A program made the position numbers and the translations under genes. Positions 15,568-24,024 of a DNA stretch of 32,000 bases are shown in pieces. Under the pieces are notes generated by a model. The model had not been told where the DNA came from. It saw only the letters and a list, made by a program, of their open reading frames with translations, and made no database searches. The stretch comes from an uncultured Planctomycetia bacterium (lineage in GTDB: Bacteria; Omnitrophota; Gorgyraeia; Duberdicusellales; 4484-171), in NCBI GenBank assembly GCA_964536865.1, contig CAZHYN010000014.1:1-32000 (forward strand). The letters are read 5' to 3'. The first letter of the stretch is position 1; every line of letters starts with the position of its first letter.

Positions 15568-18500
15568 TTTACTTCTAAAAACTCCCGATTATCAAGGAAT
15601 ACTAAGAATCCTTTAACCTTCTTATTTGGATAAAGAGGTGAAATTATTTCCATATATTCTTTGATCTGCTCTTGATGAAGACCTAACTCTTCATGAGTAC
15701 TTTTGTAATCTATAACCCAAACCTCTTGGGGAAAGATTATCAATCTATCAACTCTTTTAAGAGATCCTTTTTTATCTACAATTTCTTTCTCATTAGAAAT
15801 CACACACTGAGTAGGTAAAGCAAAAAACCTTTTCAATCTATCCTCTTCCAAAATATCTTTTAACCAATGTTGAATTTCTTCTTTCTCTACTCTATTAGGA
15901 TATTGATAAAGTATTTGCCAACTAATCTCCTCAATAAGTTTTTCTAAATCCTTATCTTTAGTATTTTTTACTAAGGAAAGAGCCTTATGGATTACTTCTC
16001 CTTTAAAAGCAGCATCCTTATATTTTAAATCCTTTCGAGAAATAAACTCCTCCCCCATATATTTGCACCAGTCTTGGTATAGGGAAAGAGGAATAAATTC
16101 TACTTGGTAAATTTTCTCTTTCTCAAAATAAGGTCTCTTTTTACCCCAGGTTAACTTATTTTCCTCATCTAAAATTAACTTCTTTGCTAAATTGATAATA
16201 TTCCCTTTCCTTTTAGGAATAAAAATATATAACTCCTCTTTAGCTCTTGTTAAAGCTACATAGATAACATTTAGCTCATCAATGAGAGAACTAACTAACT
16301 CTCCTTGATATATTTTTTTCAACTTAGATGAGTAGGGAGTAAAATCCTTTCTTAAATAAAGAAGGAAGAGATTTTCGCCTTCTTCAAAAATTACGCTGGA
16401 GTCACCTTTTCTTTCCTGCCAAGAAAGAGTAAGTACTAAAAAAGGAGTTATTACAACCTCAAATTGCAATCCTTTAGCTTTATGGATAGTTAAAACTTTT
16501 ACTGCCTCTGTATTTTCGGGAACTGATACAAAAAAGTCTTCATCTTTACCTTCCTGAAGATATTCTAGAAATTCGTTAATAGTAGTGATTTCATCTTCCT
16601 CTTCTTTTTTTCTTACTACCTCTAACAATTTCATAAAGAAAGCCTGGAAGTGAGGAAAATTCTCTAAAATTTTTAACCTATCGAAGATACTAACTAAAAA
16701 TTCATAAAGCGGTAGGAAACCTACGCTTTTGAAGAATTCTTCAAAGAAATTTTCCCAAAGTTGAGGGTATTTTTGAGAAAAAAAACGATAAAGATAGCCC
16801 AAACCAGAGTACTTAAAAACAAACTCTGTGAGTTCTTCTTTGCTTTTATGAGAAACTGTTAAGAATATCTCTCCTAAAATAAAAGAAGCGAAGGACAAAT
16901 TATCAATAGGAGAACTTAAGAATTTAAGTAGAGATACTATTTCTTTTATAAGATAATTCTCTCGAATATTTAAAGTGCGCTCCGACTCTACAGGAAAACC
17001 CTCCTCGATAAGCCAACTAGTTACCTTTCTTACTTCTTCATTCTCTCGTAAGAGTATAGCTATATTATTTAAAGGGAGGGCTCTTTTAGTTAATTCTTTA
17101 ATCAAAGAAAATAACTTCTCTTTTATTAATTTTTCACGGTTTTCTTTAATATCCTCGTCGATAAATTCTGTGTACACATAACCAGCATTCTTTTGTTTAA
17201 TCCAATTTTGCTTTACTCCTTTAAAATTGTTTAAAATTGAAGGGAAAAATTCTCGATCTATTTTATCTTCTAAATGGTTCAAAAAATTCTTTAGGTTACG
17301 AGAAGAGAAAACTTTATTATTAAACTCCACAATTGCTCTTTGGCTTCGAAAATTAGTAGATAAGAATTTCTCTGAAACATGAGCTCTATACCTGAATTTC
17401 TCTTTTACCGCATCAAAGAGAGAAATATCTCCTGCACGGAATCTATAAATTGCTTGTTTTTTATCTCCTACATAGAATAGAGAGCCTCCTCTGGAGATTG
17501 CCTCCTCCACTAAAGGTTCTAAATTGCGCCATTGAATACTACTGGTATCCTGAAATTCATCTACGAGATAATGGCTAAATTTAAGAGCGAGCCGATAGTA
17601 AATTCCACTTATACCAATTAGACTTTCTTTAAGAAGAATATTTACTTTACTATTTATCTCCTCTAAGAATATGATATCCCTTGCTTCTTTTAGCTCCTCT
17701 AAGTCTTTTAGAGTCTCAGAAAGGATATCTATATATAGATTGAAACGAGAAAGAGCATAAGATTCATAAAGGTTTCTTACTTCTTGACGAATACTTCTCC
17801 AAAGAGGGGTAATTTCTTTACCTGGATGAGCAGATTTTACCACAGGCAACTTATCTTTTTGGAGATGTCTGGAAATGATCTTCAAAGATTTAAATATATC
17901 CTTTTCTTGTAGAGCTTTTCTTAAACTCTTTTGAAATGTCTTGTACAAATATGGTATTTCTTCCAACTCTTTTAATTTTTTCCTTAAATTATCTATGTTT
18001 CTTTTTAAATCGTAAGGAATCACTTTCTTAGAAAAAACCTTCCCTCTTAAATTTGATTGGTAGAATAAGAAACTTATGATTCTTAAGATGTCTTTTTTCG
18101 GAAACCAACTTGCCTTGTTCTCTATTTCTAAGTAATGTTTCAAAAAATTTTTAATCAGCTTATTTAGACTCTCATCCCTTTGAGTGCGTTTAATAAATTC
18201 TTCTAAGGCATACTCTAAGTAAGGAGAAGGGTTCTCTACTATTTTAAAATAAGGAGATCTTTGCAAGAAGTAACTTGAACTGTCCATAAGGGTTTTTAAA
18301 AAACTATCTATGGTCTTTACTTGAAAATAGTTGTAATTTTTTATCAATTGTGAAAGAACGGTGTTAGCTTTTTCTTTAAGAAGAAATTTTTCGTTTTCCA
18401 AAAAAGCTAAAATTTGTTCTTTCTCTTGGGGAGAAGAGAAACTGTCTAAAGCTATCTTTTTTAGCCAGTCAAGAATTCTTAGCTTCATGTCTTGAGCAGC

Positions 18501-18656
18501 TTTATTAGTAAAAGTTATTGCTAAGATTTCTTTGGGACTCACAGGAGGATCATAAGAAAGAAGTAATTTAAGATACCTCAATGCTAAAGCATGAGTCTTT
18601 CCGCTACCTGCCGAAGCATTTACTACTAAAACTTGTGAAGAAGGAGTTTCTCTCAT
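15564..18656 (-). CDS. addA: AddA/UvrD-type helicase-nuclease subunit
   Basis: 1030-aa ORF with NASAGSGKTHAL (Walker A), VDEFQDTS, and a C-terminal RVDRLI...VIDYKS RecB-type nuclease motif. Confidence 0.8.
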   Translation of the reverse strand: MRETPSSQVLVVNASAGSGKTHALALRYLKLLLSYDPPVSPKEILAITFTNKAAQDMKLRILDWLKKIALDSFSSPQEKEQILAFLENEKFLLKEKANTVLSQLIKNYNYFQVKTIDSFLKTLMDSSSYFLQRSPYFKIVENPSPYLEYALEEFIKRTQRDESLNKLIKNFLKHYLEIENKASWFPKKDILRIISFLFYQSNLRGKVFSKKVIPYDLKRNIDNLRKKLKELEEIPYLYKTFQKSLRKALQEKDIFKSLKIISRHLQKDKLPVVKSAHPGKEITPLWRSIRQEVRNLYESYALSRFNLYIDILSETLKDLEELKEARDIIFLEEINSKVNILLKESLIGISGIYYRLALKFSHYLVDEFQDTSSIQWRNLEPLVEEAISRGGSLFYVGDKKQAIYRFRAGDISLFDAVKEKFRYRAHVSEKFLSTNFRSQRAIVEFNNKVFSSRNLKNFLNHLEDKIDREFFPSILNNFKGVKQNWIKQKNAGYVYTEFIDEDIKENREKLIKEKLFSLIKELTKRALPLNNIAILLRENEEVRKVTSWLIEEGFPVESERTLNIRENYLIKEIVSLLKFLSSPIDNLSFASFILGEIFLTVSHKSKEELTEFVFKYSGLGYLYRFFSQKYPQLWENFFEEFFKSVGFLPLYEFLVSIFDRLKILENFPHFQAFFMKLLEVVRKKEEEDEITTINEFLEYLQEGKDEDFFVSVPENTEAVKVLTIHKAKGLQFEVVITPFLVLTLSWQERKGDSSVIFEEGENLFLLYLRKDFTPYSSKLKKIYQGELVSSLIDELNVIYVALTRAKEELYIFIPKRKGNIINLAKKLILDEENKLTWGKKRPYFEKEKIYQVEFIPLSLYQDWCKYMGEEFISRKDLKYKDAAFKGEVIHKALSLVKNTKDKDLEKLIEEISWQILYQYPNRVEKEEIQHWLKDILEEDRLKRFFALPTQCVISNEKEIVDKKGSLKRVDRLIIFPQEVWVIDYKSTHEELGLHQEQIKEYMEIISPLYPNKKVKGFLVFLDNREFLEVK

Positions 18657-19652
18657 TTACATTTAATTTCTTTAATCTGGTAAGAAAGTTCTCCTATGCC
18701 TAAATTGTGGGCATAGTGAAATTGGTGAGAATACTCTATATGGAGATAAAACTCCTTTATAATATCTTTATCTTCTCGTTTATTCAGAAGATCTACTGTT
18801 GCCTTATCTAAGGCCATAGGACCAAAACTAAAAAAAATACCTAAATCTCCTACGACCTTTTCTTCTCTTTTATTCATACAATCACATTCTTTAGTAAAAA
18901 TAAAGGCGAAATTAAAATACACACACCTTTTATTTTTAATAACTGCGTAACATATTCTACTATCCTTTCTTGAAGAATTTAATAGATCTCAGATCAAACT
19001 ATCTTAACTGCTCCTACTGGACAGAGGCTTATACATTGAGCACACCTAATACATAACTTCCTATCTATAATGTAATCTCCTTGAGAAGTTTTCTTAATAC
19101 ATTGGACAGGGCAATTTTCCTTACATATACCACTCTTGAAGCACGTCCTATTCCAATATTTTTTAAAGTAGCGCTGAATCCTGTAAGAATATGTCCAGTA
19201 GGATGTGAAACAAATATTATGTAATCTAAATCTTTAATTATAGAAGCTATAAAACAGTGAGAAAAATGTTTTTTATTAATGTTTATCTCTATATAATCAT
19301 TACCTTTTAATCCATCCCCAATAATAATCGGAATCCCCAACTTACCAAATTCATGTTGATAAGCAAGGTTAATATGATCTACAGTATTGGTTCTCTGGCT
19401 TCTATATAAAGTAGTAGTATCGGATAGAAATACTTCAGCTCCTATTCTTTTTAGATATTTAATAAGAGGAGAGAGAAGTTTAAGAAGAAGATAAGAGGTA
19501 TTACCCTTTTCGCCAAAGTGAACTTTAATTCCTACAAAATCATTTTTTTTTATAAGTGAAGAGAGATTTGATTCTTCCAAAGTATTAAAAAGAAAATGAG
19601 GGTTCTTTAGCGCATCCTCTAAAGTGAGGGAGAAAAAAAAGACCGAGCTCAT
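18653..19652 (-). pseudogene. decayed DUF362 / 2x[4Fe-4S] ferredoxin-domain gene (COG2768-like) split over three reading frames
   Basis: Frame 1 is the 195-aa ORF 19065-19652 (VGIKVHFGEKGN ... KNIGIGRASR). Frame 2, by hand translation of ~18994-19150, reads NRTCFKSGICKENCPVQCI...CIRCAQCISLCPVGAVKIV*. Frame 3 is the 89-aa ORF 18653-18922 (TKECDCM...GPMALDKATVDLLN...NLGIGELSY). Confidence 0.7.
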
Positions 19653-20005
19653 TCTCTTTTAAAAAACTGCTCCTTTAATTTTTGAAAGTAGTAATTGACA
19701 AATTTGAGTTCTTTGTCTTGTTCAATATCGATAATTTGGGCTCCGATTAAATATCCATCCTTTTCATTTATGAATTCCGACCAAACTACTGCTACTTTCA
19801 AACTTACTGAATCAAGCTCTTGAGGGAGAAAATAACTGATAAGGAGAACTTGACCCTTATTCCATTTCAATTCTGAAAAGAAGCATATTCCCATCAGACT
19901 TAAGTTAAGAGAAGTTCCCTTCACAAACTTTGCTAGTTCATTCAAAGGTCGAATCTCTAAAAAATCTCTTACTTCTAACCTTAAAAATCGTCTTTGATTA
20001 TCCAT
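19649..20005 (-). CDS. single-domain PilZ (c-di-GMP-binding) protein
   Basis: 118-aa ORF with the RRFLR (RxxxR) and NLSLMG (D/NxSxxG) PilZ motifs. Confidence 0.75.
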   Translation of the reverse strand: MDNQRRFLRLEVRDFLEIRPLNELAKFVKGTSLNLSLMGICFFSELKWNKGQVLLISYFLPQELDSVSLKVAVVWSEFINEKDGYLIGAQIIDIEQDKELKFVNYYFQKLKEQFFKRE

Positions 20006-20014
20006 AGGAATTTA

Positions 20015-20042
20015 ATTATACCATACTACTAAACAATAGCAA
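20015..20042 (-). promoter_or_regulatory. near-consensus promoter TTGCTA-16-TGgTATAAT, 9 nt upstream of the PilZ ATG
   Basis: The minus strand reads TTGCTAttgtttagtagtaTGGTATAATtaaattcctATG. There is no SD, so the transcript would be leaderless or nearly so. Confidence 0.6.
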
Positions 20043-20080
20043 CTTACCATTTAAATATCGATCTTATATAATCTTTTGCT

Positions 20081-20824
20081 TCATAAATTAAGTTTTATCC
20101 CCCGCTTCCTTAAGTTATTAATTACAAAAGGATAAACTTCTAGGTATTCAATTTCTAAATCTTCAGGATTTATGCTATAACTCTTCAATTTTCTCTTTAC
20201 CTCATTAATCTCTTGACTATTAAAGAGTTCGGAAATTATCGCTGGCCAAGCTATAATGTTATTCTCCAGAAGTGCTCTCAAACCTTTAAAAGGTAAACTA
20301 AAAAACCTTGTCTCCACACCACTTATTTTAGCAAAATTAAACTCATTAGTTCCCTTTAGTGAAACCCTTACATAAAGATTTTTAAATTCGGATAATTGCT
20401 GAACAAACGTATCTTCTAAACCTAAAAATAAACCATTAGTTTCTAGGATAAAACAAAAATGCTTTTTGCTTTTATTAATCTTATTTAAAATCTCATAAAG
20501 ATGGCAGAAACTAGCATGTCCTAAAATCGGTTCTCCCCCAGTAATCCTTAATTTAGTGATACTCTTTGAGTGAGCCATAAAAATTAATCTTTCTGCTACT
20601 TCAGTAGGAGAATAAAAATCACCTTTACTCTGATGAGGATTTAAATTTCTTTGATAATTCCAGCAGTAAACACACTGAAAACAGCAACCTACTACGTCAG
20701 CAGTAGCTATACCTCCATAATAAGGAGCAAGACGGAAACGATAGTACTTTCTCTTATCTCCTCTAATTACTAAATCTTCTACTTGTTTGGCTTTCTCTAA
20801 AGGGTTAAGTAAAGAGTATTGCAT
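20081..20824 (-). CDS. radical SAM protein of unknown function
   Basis: 247-aa ORF with GCCFQCVYCWN (CxxxCxxC) and LRITGGEPIL. From memory it resembles COG5014-type small radical-SAM proteins. Confidence 0.7.
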   Translation of the reverse strand: MQYSLLNPLEKAKQVEDLVIRGDKRKYYRFRLAPYYGGIATADVVGCCFQCVYCWNYQRNLNPHQSKGDFYSPTEVAERLIFMAHSKSITKLRITGGEPILGHASFCHLYEILNKINKSKKHFCFILETNGLFLGLEDTFVQQLSEFKNLYVRVSLKGTNEFNFAKISGVETRFFSLPFKGLRALLENNIIAWPAIISELFNSQEINEVKRKLKSYSINPEDLEIEYLEVYPFVINNLRKRGIKLNL

Positions 20825-20855
20825 TTAATTGGAATTTTAGCTGATGGAGTAAGAA

Positions 20856-21233
20856 TTAGCCGAGTTCTTCCAGATTGGTCTTTTCCTTCTCTCGCACGAT
20901 AAGAAGAATAGCGGATTGTGGAACAACCAAGTATTTTTTCTTTTCAAACTCAACTTCCACTGCGGAATCTTTTAAAAATATGCAATAATCTCCTTCCTTC
21001 GCTTGAAGAGGAAAATATTTACCTTTGCTTCGGGAAACTCTCCAAGGTTCCTCATCTAAAATAGTAGGGTCAAATATAGGATAGCCAGGGCCTGCTTTTA
21101 TTACCTTTCCGCTTTGGACCTTTTCTTTATCTTTTACTGTTTGAGGAAGGTAGAGTCCATAGTCAGTTAGATTTTCCCCTTCATCAGGTTCAATTAAAAT
21201 TTTATCTCCTACTGGTATTAATTCTTTCTCCAT
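20856..21233 (-). CDS. GroES/Cpn10-fold protein with an internal insertion, no adjacent groEL
   Basis: 125-aa ORF. LIPVGDKILIEP...GLYLPQTVKDKEKVQSGKVIKAGPG and the C-terminal EGDYCIF...YLVVPQSAILLIV align with GroES. An extra ~15-20 aa follows the GPG. Confidence 0.6.
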   Translation of the reverse strand: MEKELIPVGDKILIEPDEGENLTDYGLYLPQTVKDKEKVQSGKVIKAGPGYPIFDPTILDEEPWRVSRSKGKYFPLQAKEGDYCIFLKDSAVEVEFEKKKYLVVPQSAILLIVREKEKTNLEELG

Positions 21234-21243
21234 ACTTATCTTA

Positions 21244-21272
21244 AGTGTAATAATTTATAGCGAGAAAGTCAA
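21244..21272 (-). promoter_or_regulatory. promoter-like TTGACT-17-TACACT, 10 nt upstream of the GroES-like ATG
   Basis: The minus strand reads TTGACTttctcgctataaattatTACACTtaagataagtATG, with no SD. Confidence 0.45.
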
Positions 21273-21283
21273 GGGGAGAGAAA

Positions 21284-21412
21284 CTAAAAGTTTGCTTTTA
21301 CTCCCATCTTATACCAACGGCCATTTCCCTTTATATCTATCGTTTCATAGTAATTTTGGTTGAATATATTCGTTTCTTTAATAAAAAACCTTAGATAGGA
21401 GAAAACTCTATT
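21284..21412 (-). pseudogene. relic C-terminus of an outer-membrane beta-barrel (TonB-dependent-receptor-like) gene
   Basis: Hand translation: NRVFSYLRFFIKETNIFNQNYYETIDIKGNGRWYKMGVKANF*. It ends in the aromatic terminal Phe and has the N-hydrophobic-F-N/D-x-x-Y signature of OM barrels. There is no start codon and no upstream barrel. Boundaries are approximate. Confidence 0.5.
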
Positions 21413-21489
21413 CTTTGAGAGAATCCTGTAAAGTAGTTGCAGAAACTTAACAAGCCTACTAAGACAAGAACTCGTCTTCTCATTAAATC

Positions 21490-22200
21490 TTAGGAGAATA
21501 AGTTGAGAGCTTGCTTAAGTTCTATCTTTCTTTCATATATAGCTCTTCCTAGAATCACGCCATATACAAAAGGAGCTTCTTGGTAGATTAACTTTATGTG
21601 GGAAATGTTAGCAATTCCTCCCGAAACAATGAATTTAACTTGATGAAAGGAGGTTAGTTTCTTTATTCCTTCTATATTTGGCCCTTTTAAAGTACCATCA
21701 CGAAAAATATCTGTATAGATTATCCAAGTGATGCCTTTTTCTGTTAAGAGTTGGATGAATTCGTAGGGATTTAAATCTGTCTCTTTTTTCCAACCTTCAT
21801 AGTGAATCCTGCCAAAAAGAACATCCACGCTTACTCCTATATGTTCTTTAAATCTTGAAATAGCACCAGACAAAAAATCTTCATCTAAGGCTTTGGTACC
21901 TAAAATAATTTTTTCTGCACCTATTTTGAGAAGCTCTTCTCCTCGCTGTATGTTTCTTATTCCACCTCCTACTTGGAATCTCACTCCTAATTTACTAATT
22001 TCTTTGATTAATGGTAAATTATCTCCTTCCCCGAAAGAAGCATTCAAATCTACAATATGAAAAAATTTAGCTCCCTCATCTTTCCATTGAGAAACCACAC
22101 CTAAAGGGTCTTCGCTGTAGATGCGAGTGAATTCCCTCTTTCCTTGGTAAAGCCTTACTACTTTTCCATCTAAGATATCTACCGCAGGTATGATAAGCAT
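21490..22200 (-). CDS. hisA: ProFAR isomerase HisA
   Basis: 236-aa ORF opening MLIIPAVDILDGKVVRLYQG, with VGGGIR and SGGI phosphate-binding motifs. Confidence 0.85.
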   Translation of the reverse strand: MLIIPAVDILDGKVVRLYQGKREFTRIYSEDPLGVVSQWKDEGAKFFHIVDLNASFGEGDNLPLIKEISKLGVRFQVGGGIRNIQRGEELLKIGAEKIILGTKALDEDFLSGAISRFKEHIGVSVDVLFGRIHYEGWKKETDLNPYEFIQLLTEKGITWIIYTDIFRDGTLKGPNIEGIKKLTSFHQVKFIVSGGIANISHIKLIYQEAPFVYGVILGRAIYERKIELKQALNLFS

Positions 22201-22201
22201 T

Positions 22202-22789
22202 TCAATCTAACTTACCTTTAGTGGTAGGTAAATCTTTCTTTCTAGGATTTATTCTACTAGCTTCCTTTAAGGCTAAAGCTAATGCCTTAAAAGACGCTTC
22301 CAGTATATGATGAAGATCCTCTCCTTCTAAAATATCTAAATGGAGGTTTATTTTAGCATAGTCTGTAAAAGCTTTAAGGAACTGCTTAAAGTGAGAATAA
22401 GTATAGATTACTTTTGGGGTAGGGATATTTTTAGGTTTCACTTTAAGAAAAGGTCGTCCGCTTATATCTACAACACATCTTACTAAAGTTTCATCCATAC
22501 AAACGAAGCCAGTTCCAAATCTTTCGATTCTCTCTTTTTTACCTAACGCTTTATAGAAAGCCTCCCCCAAACTTATTCCTATATCTTCGTTAGTATGATG
22601 TAAATCTACATCTAGATCTCCTTTGGCTTTAAGTTTTAAGTCAAATAATCCATGCTTAGCAAATAGAGAAAGCATATGATTTAAAAAACTTATACCACTC
22701 TCTATTTTATACTTTCCTTTGCCATCGAGCTTTAGCTCCAATTCGATATTTACTTCTTTGGTTATTCTTCTTATCTTCGCTTTTCTCAT
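22202..22789 (-). CDS. hisB: imidazoleglycerol-phosphate dehydratase HisB
   Basis: 195-aa ORF with GISFLNHML, DLHHTNEDIGI and GEDLHHILEA. Strong AAGGAGGAAG SD. Confidence 0.9.
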   Translation of the reverse strand: MRKAKIRRITKEVNIELELKLDGKGKYKIESGISFLNHMLSLFAKHGLFDLKLKAKGDLDVDLHHTNEDIGISLGEAFYKALGKKERIERFGTGFVCMDETLVRCVVDISGRPFLKVKPKNIPTPKVIYTYSHFKQFLKAFTDYAKINLHLDILEGEDLHHILEASFKALALALKEASRINPRKKDLPTTKGKLD

Positions 22790-22809
22790 TATTCTTCCTC
22801 CTTTTCATA

Positions 22810-24024
22810 TTATAATCGCTTCTTTACACTTTCAATGTGCTTTGCCATTCCTTCTAAGGATGCTATTTTTTCCAGAGCAGGAAATTCTTCAGTAAGGGCT
22901 TTCTTCGTATAGCTTACAATATGGATTTCTCTCAAAAAATCATTCAGAGTCAAACCAGAGAAAAATCTTGCTGCAGATTGAGTAGGAAGAACGTGACTTG
23001 GTCCAGCTAAATAGTCTCCTAAAGCTACTGGCGAATTTTCTCCCAGAAAAACTGCCCCTACGTTTCTAATTTTTTTAACAAGCTTATAAGGTTTTTTAGT
23101 TAAAATTTCTAAGTGCTCAGGAGCAATCCTATTTGCTACACTACAAGCTTCTTCTAAACTCCTTACTCTTACTACGAACCCGTTTAATCTCTTTCTTCTT
23201 AATTGATTAGCAATCTTTTTAGAATTAGTAATTACTATTCCTAACCCTTGACGGTGTTCAGTTTGAGCTTCCAAATCAGCAACGATATAGTCCAAGTTAG
23301 CATCTTTAGAAGCAATAATAACTATCTCGGAGGGACCAGCAAGTAAATCTATATCTACTTGACCAAATACTTGACGTTTAGCTTCTGTAACAAACTCATT
23401 GCCTGGACCAATAATTTTATCTACTTTCTTTATCATCTTTGTCCCATAAGCTAAAGCAGCTATAGCTTGAGCTCCTCCTACCTTGTAGATTTCTTTTATC
23501 TTAAGGAGAGAAGCTACTGCTAGAATGAAAGGATTTATAGTTTTTTGCTTAGTGGGTGGTGATACCAAAACTATCTCTTTTACTCCTGCTACAATAGCAG
23601 GAATGGCTGTCATATATACAGTAGAAACTAAAGGAAATTGCCCAGCAGGAACGTAAATTCCTACTCTTTCTAAAGGGATGTAACTTACTTTTAAAACCTT
23701 CCCATTAGCCTCCTTTACTTTAGTAGACTTAGGAGTTTGAAATTTGTAGAATTTAGTTACATTATCTATGGCTAACTTAAGGCTCGAAATAATAGAAGAA
23801 TTGAGTTCATTGAAAGAAGCACTAATTTCTGCTTCAGAAATCCTTAACTCTTTTACGCTTAACTTTACTTTATCAAATCTTTTTGTATATTCGATTAAAG
23901 CTTGGTCGCCTTTCTCTCTTACGTCTTTCAGTATCTTAGCAACTTTCTCTTCCATACTCTTCTTTTTGTTTCTTTTTTTCTCTAATGTCTTTTCTAAATT
24001 AGTCAGATTTCTTAGAAGACGCAT
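22810..24024 (-). CDS. hisD: histidinol dehydrogenase HisD
   Basis: 404-aa ORF with GDQALIEYTKRFD, GGAQAIAALAYGT and GDYLAGPSHVLPT. The start is uncertain: M1 overlaps alaS by 13 nt, and M24 at 23955 is the alternative. Confidence 0.85.
   Translation of the reverse strand: MRLLRNLTNLEKTLEKKRNKKKSMEEKVAKILKDVREKGDQALIEYTKRFDKVKLSVKELRISEAEISASFNELNSSIISSLKLAIDNVTKFYKFQTPKSTKVKEANGKVLKVSYIPLERVGIYVPAGQFPLVSTVYMTAIPAIVAGVKEIVLVSPPTKQKTINPFILAVASLLKIKEIYKVGGAQAIAALAYGTKMIKKVDKIIGPGNEFVTEAKRQVFGQVDIDLLAGPSEIVIIASKDANLDYIVADLEAQTEHRQGLGIVITNSKKIANQLRRKRLNGFVVRVRSLEEACSVANRIAPEHLEILTKKPYKLVKKIRNVGAVFLGENSPVALGDYLAGPSHVLPTQSAARFFSGLTLNDFLREIHIVSYTKKALTEEFPALEKIASLEGMAKHIESVKKRL

Noticed and set aside
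18653-19652. Programmed ribosomal frameshifting joining the three DUF362/ferredoxin frames
   Set aside because: Two shifts would be required. I saw no slippery heptamer at the junctions. An expected segment is missing and ligand positions are mutated (Cys to Ser/Arg). Decay or sequencing error is the simpler explanation.
23955-24024. Shorter hisD starting at the internal Met (MEEKVAKIL...), which would remove the 13-nt overlap with alaS
   Set aside because: The longer form gives an N-terminal length comparable to other HisD proteins, and overlaps are common in this window. I kept the longer call but flagged the uncertainty.
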